This document shows positions 54,688-64,000 of a stretch of DNA of 64,000 nt, in pieces; the stretch's first letter is position 1, and every line of letters begins with the position of its first letter. A program made the translations under genes and the position numbers. The notes below the pieces were generated by a model. It was not told where the DNA came from, made no database searches, and worked only from the letters and a program-made list of their open reading frames with translations. This stretch comes from Chrysomallon squamiferum (taxonomy: Eukaryota; Animalia; Mollusca): contig CM022679.1 in assembly GCA_012295275.1 (NCBI GenBank), positions 20,088,001-20,152,000 on the forward strand, read 5' to 3'.

Positions 54688-56366
54688 TTAAAACTGTTGT
54701 TGAGTTGCTCTCAGGAGAATGTCGTGTATCTGAAATTAGAAACATCAAAGATAAGTTTGGATGATGATTAATGATTTTTTTTATGGTTACCGTAACGAAT
54801 TTAACAAAATTAAAATTTGAAATTATTTAGTGAACTGTAACGTACCTCAACGTGTGAAGGGGCACTTAGAGCATATATCACAGCTTCTGTGACATTATCG
54901 GCCTGGATAAACTATAAATAAATAAACAAACAAATAAACCCTGATGCTACTCAGTATCTAGCAGAAAAACGAGTACTTGAATAAAATAAATAATGAAATT
55001 AAAAAATAATACTAAAGAAAAAGACATTATTTTTTTTAATTTTTTTTTTTTTCTTTCTCTCACCCATCTTTCTGTTATATTAAAAGAAATAATTTTCTTA
55101 CTGGTGTTTGTCCAAATTTTTCCTTTGCCACTTTTTCACTGTTGTGCATTCTTGAAAGAAATTCAGTTTCTACAAAACCAGGACTAATGGCCTGTAAATA
55201 AAATATGAATAACAAAAAGAATAGAATCCTAATCGTTAGATACAATGAATGTAGTAATAGTTGAAATAGCAGCAACAACAGTAATTTTGGAGCTATGCTT
55301 GCAATGTCAATGTTTTATTATTATTATCTGAGCGTGTGTCAACCGTAATAAACAAAAACAATGTCTAATGCCAGCCTGAAATAACAACAACGATTAACAG
55401 ATTTTGTTTACTGGTGTTTTTATAAAACGTCCCAAATAATCAGCTGCCTGCACCTGCTCTGTTCAAATAAATAATCGTCTCGTCTGAATACAGTTCAACA
55501 TACCACTTCCTCAGAAATATTTCGGTTAAAAAACTGACTGATTTTAAATTGTGAACATGCTATTATTATGTCAGTTTGCTCAGGAGGATAAGGATACAGT
55601 TCAAATTTAGAATTAAATTGTTTCATCTTGAAGGACATACATATCAATGTGTAGATGCTCCTCCCATTTTCAGAAATGATAATTAAAAACTGAAAGCGAA
55701 CATTATTGCTTAAATCTTGCATTATTTTCTCTTTTTTTTTGTTTTTTTCCTTTATCCATTTTTTACATTCCCACGAATCGGCGAATTTTGAATGAAGTAT
55801 TTCGTTAAATAATAAACCTTCGTCAAATATTGGTAGCACCGGCTCGCCCTATTTGTTTTCTAGCATATGCTGATAAATAAATAAATAAATAAATAAATAA
55901 TAAATAATAATTCTCCATTTTACCGTCACTCTAACAGGACTCTTCAGATCTCTTAGCTCGAATCGAATCCCTTGTAAAATGGCAGTCACGGCATATTTTG
56001 TTGCCGCATAAAAATGAAAATCCATGACGGGGAATACTCTGTGTCCTGTTAAACTGAAATATAATTAAGAATAACCGAATATGTATAGCCTATATCCAAA
56101 AATAATTCCATTCTAGTTTATACAAATGTCATTTCGACTTTCCGTCCAAATAAAATATAATTTGACAAAATATAGCTATTTAACTATTGTTTTTGGTATA
56201 CGTATGTCACATTGTTAATGTAATTAGGAATATACTTATTGTTATATTTACAAATTATTACTAAGTCAGAAATATTCTTTTTTAAAGAAAGTTTCTTGAT
56301 ACTGTTTAAAAGTAAAAACACACCAATAGTGTTGAATGTTTCGAAAGATATGATATGAACAAAATT

Positions 56367-56440
<74 letters not shown>

Positions 56441-57257
56441 TTAATTTTTAACTAAGTTAATTATTAAGCAGGAAAGAATCTTGGTAATTTTAAGCATTTT
56501 CATAAATTATATGGACCTGTTTATTAGAATGATGTGACCTTCCTTCACTCCTCTTTCTTGCATTGATTTGAATGCTTCTCTGGAACATATGGACAAGGCC
56601 ATGACATTTACCTGTTCAAAAATATACCGTATTCAAAATAACACGGCACTTTATTACAGATCGTACGTCAAGAGAATTTATAGTATAGCAAAATGAAACA
56701 TACACACATACACACTAGAACACCAATCAGATATATAAATCATCAGTATAATTTAAAATAATTCTAAAATTAAAATTATGATATATATTAAGCATATACA
56801 CATTCATAGGCACATAAATTAAGAAGAAGAAGAAGCTTACGTCAAGCATTTCTTTCCAGTGCTTCGTTTCACCCGATAGTATCGGAGCTGTATGAGCCAA
56901 ACCAGCATTGTTCACGCAGACGTCAATTCCTCCAAGATCAGGATCACTTCTGATCCTTTGAAACATCTTTAGGATCTCTTCCTCTTTTGTTAAGTCGCAT
57001 TTTATTGCTTTCAGAATTCCTGGCTGACCCATTAACTCTTTAGATATTTTCTGTAGCGAGCATATAAACAAAATAAAAAATTATAAAAAAATTCTGTATT
57101 CCAGACAAATTAATTAACCCAAAAATAGAATTAAACAATAAATATAAAATACTGAAATTACATAATGAAAAGAGTAAATAGCTGAATATACAGACATCAT
57201 TCGTTGGCCGCCAGAGGATTTTATATGGAGAAAAAAAAAAAAAAATCAGAAAGCTAA

Positions 57258-57317
<60 letters not shown>

Positions 57318-57951
57318 TATAAATAAATAAAAATATGAAATAATTAAATAAAATGGGATGTCTTCACAAACTAAAACTGTAGATATCGTAAATAACTTGA
57401 TTTACTGGCGGCCATTTTGAAACATCGTTGTCTTTAGAAAAAAGATTGTCTTTTTGCAGCCAACATCGGCAACACAGTTCCTGAACAAACAAACAAACAA
57501 ACCAAAAAGTTTTATCAAGTAGTTTTACAGTTTATTTCATTTACGTTTCCATTCATTAAAAAAAGTTAAATATACAGGTACCTTACCAATTATCCGGCGT
57601 CCTGAAATCCGGAAAGACCAGAAAACCGGAAGTTTTATCCCGACTCTATTTTCATACTTGGCGCGCGCGGGTGTTGTCCTGACCAGACCGGAACTACTCT
57701 TTCAATCCGCATTGTTTACGTGTCAAGTCGCCACAGTTGTGTATCGTCAATTTCATTATGTTTTTAATTTTAAAATGTTTATGCCTAATTATTTAAGTTC
57801 TTAGATGCCTTGATACTAGAAAACTGGAAAATCCAGAAATTCGGATTGCCTCAGTTCCCAAGGAGTCCGGATAACTGGTCCGGAACTTGTACAGCATTAA
57901 TTTTATTTGTTTGAAATGTTATATAAATGTTTTCGTGATTAAAACATTCTA

Positions 57952-58011
<60 letters not shown>

Positions 58012-58404
58012 TGAAAATAATAATAAAATAAAAAAAAAAAATAAAAAAATAAAAATCCTCATTTAAACCGGACAGCCTCTGCTCCTTTTCGGAATAGATT
58101 TTACATCTATTTATTCTAAATCCATAAAAATAGAAAATCATTTATATATCTACTTATTTATTCATTCAAACAAACCCATGAGACAAATCAACTTTTTAAA
58201 GGCTAATTATCATGAATAAACTAAGTAGAAACTGCTTGACATAGCAACATGGTATATAAATAGAAAACCTACTTGAATTGCGTCCTCATTTCTGGCACAT
58301 CCGACAACCTTCATTCCATTTTTTACCAGTGTTTTCGCTATATCAGCTCCAATTCCACACGAAGCACCTGTGACTAAAGCAACTTTTCCCGACCATCGTT
58401 CCAT
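54688..58404 (-). CDS. DHRS11: DHRS11-like short-chain dehydrogenase/reductase, paralog B, 254 aa, 7 exons
   Basis: Exons 58404-58273, 57050-56841, 56611-56517, 56053-55924, 55191-55102, 54911-54846, 54729-54688 (765 nt); exons 2-7 have the same sizes as in paralog A. Motifs [24 protein letters not shown], catalytic [15 protein letters not shown]. Confidence 0.93.
56369..56439. repeat. (ATT)n microsatellite
   Basis: Read directly. Similar (AAT)n tracts lie at 57258-57311 and 57952-58011. Confidence 0.95.
57575..57889. mobile_element. Tc1/mariner (Tigger-like) MITE, 315 bp, TA target duplication, in DHRS11-B intron 1
   Basis: TA|CAGGTACCTTACCAATTATCCGG versus reverse complement of the right end TA|CAAGTTCCGGACCAGTTATCCGG (20/25 identical). 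Internal CCGGAAA/CCAGAAA subterminal repeats. Confidence 0.8.
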
Positions 58405-58815
58405 TGTGAGTCAAAATAAAACAGAATGCCAGCTGAATGAACGTATTGCCGGACGCCTGAACCGATCAACGGTCTGAACGGGAGGTCATTGCTCGGGAGG
58501 TTACGGTCTGTTCCAGTAAATACGGGTTACGATGCAGTTATAATCACATTATAATCTCCTGATCTAATCTTATCTCTCGATCACAACTCACATGAAAACT
58601 GTTCAAATGAGTAACCTTAACTACAATTGTATCATGATAGCACATAGACATTTATGTTTATGCGAGTGAGTAATATTGAAGTGAAGTGAAAAAAATTAAC
58701 GTGCTAATCAGGGCAAGCTGTTGTGAAGCACGTGTACGACGGGCCCGCTTTCTGACAGGTCAGCGGGCGTGTCCGTCGGATGAGTAATATTTAAAAAAAA
58801 GTATATATATATACC

Positions 58816-59388
58816 ATGGTATGTTCCCAAAACTGGCAGTCTCCAGATTAGGTAAGTGGTAAGGTGTTGTAATCCGCTTCCAGAAATTGGAAAACTGGCG
58901 TGAGCAATTAAGGCCAATTTAGACGCATGGGGATAACGCGATGTGTGAAGAACAGAGGGGGCGATTAACGAAATTAACCTTAATGAGCAGTGAGGAGCAG
59001 AGGTGAGCCGGAATAGAGATTGCAAGAAAAATTAATGTTTGGAGACATGAAATTAATGTTATATCTCAGTAAAATTTGGAGACAGGAAATACTACCAGAA
59101 GACAAGCACAAGCTCTTCCAGCTGGGACTGGTGTACGTCACGTGTACCCGGGACACGGCTTCCTGCTTGTCAGCTTGCGGTGGAGTGCTTTCTGGGACAT
59201 TTCGTGTGTAAAGTGTGACTGAATTGCTTTCAAATTGTGGACAAAATACTGTTTAACAAAAGTACATCAATTAAGGTGACGGAACACCAATTAGTAAGGG
59301 TGAGCAATAAACTGCCAGAAATGGAACAACTGGCGTGTCCAATTAAGATGTGTTTATAATCTCACTGCCAGATTCGGGAATAAACCAT
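58816..59388. mobile_element. Unclassified non-autonomous TIR element of about 573 bp upstream of DHRS11-B
   Basis: ATGGTATGTTCCCAAAACTGGCAGT versus reverse complement of the right end ATGGTTTATTCCCGAATCTGGCAGT (21/25 identical). Internal direct repeat CCAGAAAT..AACTGGCGTG..CAATTAAG at about 58880 and 59315. GC-rich relative to the flanks. Confidence 0.7.
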
Positions 59389-59874
59389 ACACCATGCATT
59401 GCTGGCAATACCAGTTCGTTGTTTAGTGCATCAGGGACATAGCTTCAGGATCAAGAGTAGTAAAAGAGATACTGTTCATTGGAAGTGTTGCAAAGTCAGT
59501 TGTCCATCTACTATTAATACCCCGAGAGATTTAACTACGAGCTACCGAACTTAAATGATTCAGTAATACAAGCGATACGTATTTTAGATAAGTGTTTTAT
59601 AAATATCATTATTATATAGAGAAATAGATGACCTCGAGTCGAACATGTTATTCTCATTGCAGGTGTCTTCCCATTTGGTAGATTCCCAGTTCGTATAATT
59701 CCCATTTCGTAGAAAAACCTGGTTTACCGCAATACCTGATTACCTCTGTATATAATGAACTTGGCCTGTGCATACATCTGGTTTCTTTCTAACATTCTAA
59801 ATCGATTATGTAACATCAACCGAAAGCAGAATAAGCATTCACAACTCATTTGTTGTTGATTTGTTACTTTTTCA

Positions 59875-60056
59875 TTATTTCATCATCTTCCTCCTTCTCA
59901 TTATCATCATCATAATTATCACCATCAACATTATTATTATTATTATAATATTATTACTATTATTATTGTTGTTATTATTATTATTATTGTTATTCTTGTT
60001 ATTCTTCTTATTATAATTACTGTTATTATCAAGTAATAATAATAATAATAATAATA
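59875..60056. repeat. Compound low-complexity trinucleotide tract (CAT/TAT/TGT/AAT)
   Basis: Read directly from the sequence. Confidence 0.85.
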
Positions 60057-60811
60057 AAATAAAATAATAACACTTTGTACACAGATAAAACATTTCAGAG
60101 AATGTCATCTTAAAGGTCATCCAGCATTAATAATTATAATCAACCCAAATTTGTTTTGCTTCGTTATTATATTTATTAAATCTATTTTGTTTTTGTGAAA
60201 ATAAAATTATTATTTAAAAAGATCATAATAAAACAAAAGCAATAAAACAACACTGATAGGCATTATAAGAATGGTTTAATTTTATCTTGAAGTTAGCACA
60301 AACCTGACAAATACATTATATACAATTCATTTATTTAGTGCGTCATGATCTTCAGATAGTTTTAAGATCAACCTAAACTATCGAATATTAAATGAAAATG
60401 ATTAGATCTAAATAACGATTAGATCTAAATAACATTCTTAATGTATTTATTAAAACAAAATGATATTAGCATCAAAACTACTTCTTGTTTTAAACCTAAT
60501 TTATTGCCAGTAGTACTTTCAGTTTCATATTTGTTTTTTTGTTTTATTTTGGTGTCCTTAAATTATTATTATTATTATTATTGATGTTGTTGTTGTTACT
60601 GTTGTTGTCTTTGCTGTTGTTATTATTATTATTTATAAATTAGTTTATTTATTTTTATTGGTGGGAATATTTTCACTTCTTTTATCTTGTGTCTTCTTTG
60701 TGTATCTGATGCTCGTTTTTTGTTACTGTTTGGTATTTTTCGGAGAAGCAAATGCAAAAATAACAAAGAAAATGATAATAAAATGGCTGATGTCGTACAT
60801 TTATTTCCCAG

Positions 60812-61610
60812 GTTAATATTCTCGGATACTGTATATGTACTAGGGAGGCCTTTAAGTCAATGAAGGAACGTGGTGTAGACGATGGACACATTATTCTAAC
60901 AAACAGGTACAGGCTCCTGATGTGAACATACAAACAGGATAAAAACATCAAATATATTTTAACAACAAAACCATTTATAAAAAATAAGTAAGTAAGTAAG
61001 TACGTAAATAAATAAATAAATAAATAACTGATTTTGTTGGTAAAATATATTTTATGCTTTTATTCCACCAAAACACACACACACACACACAAAAAAAAAA
61101 AGTACGAAAAAAGATAATAGTAATTATAATATATTTAGAGATGTCATGAATTGGCAAAGAAAATCTGGAAAGAATCTGAACAAAAACATTACTACAGCAC
61201 CATCTTATTTTACTTTCTGTCATCCAACAACGCAATGGACATACACTATCCATAATTTAAACGTTATCATTATTTCTCTTAATAATATAATATAAATCAA
61301 ACTGTACAATGAATTTGATTTTTCATTCTAAATTATTTTTTATTATTAATTTCTTTTAATGGCCTTTTCAATTACTGAAAGCTGATATGTTATGTATATT
61401 AATTTATAATATGCTATTTACGAATCAAAAACAGGAAAGAAATTAGTACAGTCTTGTGAGCTACATTTTATGCCTAAAATACCGAATGTGCCTTCGGTGA
61501 TTGATTAATGTTATTAGTCTTGAATCTTTATTTGATAACCAAATTGAAAATAATCCAGTTTCAATATTGTAATTAGTTTGGCAGGACACCGGCAGGAAAC
61601 CAGAATTTCG
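60812..61610 (+). pseudogene. Truncated DHRS11-A duplicate (exon 3 plus an internally deleted exon 4)
   Basis: Exon 3 copy at 60812-60906. The exon 4 copy at 61577-61610 is 34 nt instead of 130 nt and has lost YxxxK. Exons 1-2 and 5-7 are absent. Confidence 0.88.
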
Positions 61611-62270
61611 GTAATATAATTACTTTTAATATATTTTTGTTCTCTTAAAATTGTACATACACACAAAGACACTTATTGTAATGGAATAATAGTTATTTTA
61701 CAATTTTAAGACATTTTGCGAAGTTAGAAGACATTCGACTTGAACAAATTATATAATTTTATCAGTCAATATAGTTCCGTCCCGATATACAACTATTTTT
61801 AGTGACTGCAGGAGGCACACACACACACTCGCGCGCACAGTATATATATATATATATATATATATAGAAGATGGCTAATTAAGATTTAAAATGTGGTAAC
61901 AAGTTCAAAATTAACTTAATAGAAAGTTAATTCCATAATAATACTTACTGAAATTAAAAGGGCATAAATTAATGATCCATGGATCTTATTGTATCAGCCA
62001 TATTTAATTTTTTATTTGTTTTTATCCAGACATATCTGATGTTTGCTATTCAGTAATAAAACAAATAAAAAAATAAAAAAATAAATAAATAATACTAATA
62101 ATACTTACAATAAAATAAATAAATAATACTAATAATACTTACAATAAAATAAATAAATAATAAAACAATTCAAATAGATATTATTAATTTATTTTAAGGG
62201 GTATTGTTGTTTTTTAAAATATATAGATAAAAGTTATTTTCTGATTTGGATTTTACTTTGATGTTTACTT

Positions 62271-63319
62271 TTAATGCTGTTGTTGAGTTGCTCTCAGGAG
62301 AATGTCGTGTATCTGAAATTAGAAACATCAAAGATAAGTTTGGATGATGAATAATGATTTTTTTTATGGTTACCGTAACGAATTTAAAAAAATAAAATTT
62401 GAAATTATTTAGTGAACTGTAACGTACCTCAACGTGTGAAGGGGCACTTAGAGCATATATCACAGCTTCTGTGACATTATCGGCCTGGATAAACTATAAA
62501 TAAATAAACAAACAAATAAACCCTGATGCTACTCAGTATCTAGCAGAAAAACGAGTACTTGAATAAAATAAATAATGAAATTAAAAAATAATACTAAAGA
62601 AAAAGACATTATTTTTTAAAAATATATATTTTTTTCTTTCTCTCACCCATCTTTCTGTTACATTAAAAGAAATAATTTTCTTACTGGTATTTGTCCAAAT
62701 TTTTCCTTTGCCACTTTTTCACTGTTGTGCATTCTTGAAAGAAATTCAGTTTCTACAAAACCAGGACTAATGGCCTGTAAATAAAATATGAATAACAGAA
62801 TAAAATCCTAATCGTTAGATACAGTGAATGTACTAATAGTTGAAATAGCAGCAACAACAGTAATTTTGAAGCTATGGTTGCAGTGTCAGTCAATGTTTTA
62901 TTATTATTATCTGAGCGTGTGTCAACCGTAATAAATAAAAACAATGTTTATATAAGGTCTAATGCCAGCCTGAAATAACAACAACGATTAACAGATTTTG
63001 TTTACTGGTGTTTTTATATAACGTCCCAAATAATCAGCTGCCTTGCACCTTCTCTGTCCAAATAAATAATCGTCACGTCTGAATACAGTTCAATATTGGT
63101 AGCACCGGCTCGCCCTATTTGTTTTCTAGCCATATGCTGATGGCACTATATTAAATAAATAAATAATAAATAATAATTCTCCATTTTACCGTCACTCTAA
63201 CAGGACTCTTCAGATCTCTTAGCTCGAATCGAATCCCTTGTAAAATGGCAGTTACGGCATATTTTGTTGCCGCATAAAAATGAAAATCCATGTTAGGAGT
63301 TACTCTGTGTCCCGATAAA
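62271..63319 (-). CDS. DHRS11: DHRS11-like paralog B2, exons 4-7 (5' exons presumably beyond the window end)
   Basis: Exons 63319-63190, 62774-62685, 62493-62428, 62312-62271 have intact splice sites, frame, YAATK and stop codon. Confidence 0.8.
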
Positions 63320-63757
63320 CTGAAATATAATTAAGAATAACCGAATATGTATAGCCTATATCCAAAAATAATTCCATTAAAAATAATTCCATAACAAATG
63401 TTATTTCGACTTTCCGTCCAAATAAAATATAATTTGTCAAAATACATCTATTTAACTATTGTTTTTGGTATACGTATGTCACATTGTAAACGTAATTAGG
63501 AATCACTTATTGTTATATTTACACATTGTTATTAAGTCAAAAATATTCTTTTTTAAAGAAAGGTTCTTGATACTGTTAGAAAGGAGGAATCTGTTATTTA
63601 CAAATTTTCAAAGAAATAAACAAAAATTCGGTAAACATATATACTTCTTAAAAAACAACAAAATAAAATAATAATAACAACAACAACAACAACAACAATA
63701 ATAATAATTTGTTGAATGTTTCGAAAGATATGATATGAACAAAATTGTATTATTATT

Positions 63758-64000
63758 ATGTCATTCCGTGTCAAATCACCCAATGGGTTAAACCCGACCG
63801 TCTCAGATGAAACTGTATACTTGTTGACTGAGATCCCACAACACGAATCCCAATTTTTTTGCCAACCGGACAAGCAGTGTGGGACATATGGCCCCCCGAA
63901 GTTTCAGATTTTTGGCCAAAATGGGTGTTATCTTTTGAACCCTCATATCTCGGGAACTACTGGGCCAATCTTCATAAAACCGGTATTGTTGTAAAGGCAA
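63758..64000. mobile_element. Transposon-like insertion in B2 intron 3, truncated by the window end
   Basis: Homology to the B copy stops abruptly within the (ATT)n tract. GC-richer sequence begins TGTCATTCCGTGTCAAATCACCCAA and contains CATATCTCGGGAACTACTGGGCCAATCTTCATAAAA, a motif typical of non-autonomous DNA elements. Confidence 0.65.

Larger units (their letters stand above)
60382..63759. repeat. Tandem segmental duplication of about 51517-56378 in the same orientation, with internal indels
   Basis: Long near-identical intron and exon blocks, e.g. 60690-60975 versus 51600-51885, 61025-61592 versus 52303-52878, 62280-63090 versus 54698-55498, 63093-63575 versus 55828-56306. Confidence 0.92.

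Noticed and set aside
59668-59713. Three short TTCCCA(T/G)TT(G/C)GTA repeats
   Set aside because: This is a tiny repeat-derived tandem without unique spacers. It is not CRISPR-like, and the window is eukaryotic.

Overview
AT-rich, intron-rich animal genomic DNA, probably a lophotrochozoan invertebrate such as a mollusc (inferred from composition, intron sizes and protein divergence). Splice sites were read by hand and each gene model closes in frame. From left to right: HELZ (minus strand, 23 coding exons, about 1690 aa) head-to-head with RBBP6 (plus strand, 18 coding exons, about 1699 aa, with an 11-kb third intron); an intronless orphan SOCS-box gene (minus, 409 aa); two convergent 7-exon DHRS11-like SDR paralogs; and a tandem duplicate of that pair, holding a truncated pseudogene of paralog A and an apparently intact 3' half of paralog B that runs off the window. 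Several MITEs, a LINE fossil and many microsatellites are also present. The best leads are: (1) a layered candidate autoregulatory module in RBBP6 intron 3 (intronic poly(A) site, 11-nt frameshifting microexon, possible alternative last exon), all yielding DWNN-only products; (2) a predicted NADP-to-NAD cofactor switch and a substrate-loop substitution hot spot among the DHRS11 paralogs; (3) the orphan SOCS-box protein; (4) a perfect 16-bp intronic hairpin. No database search was possible, so all homology calls rest on recognised motifs and recall.
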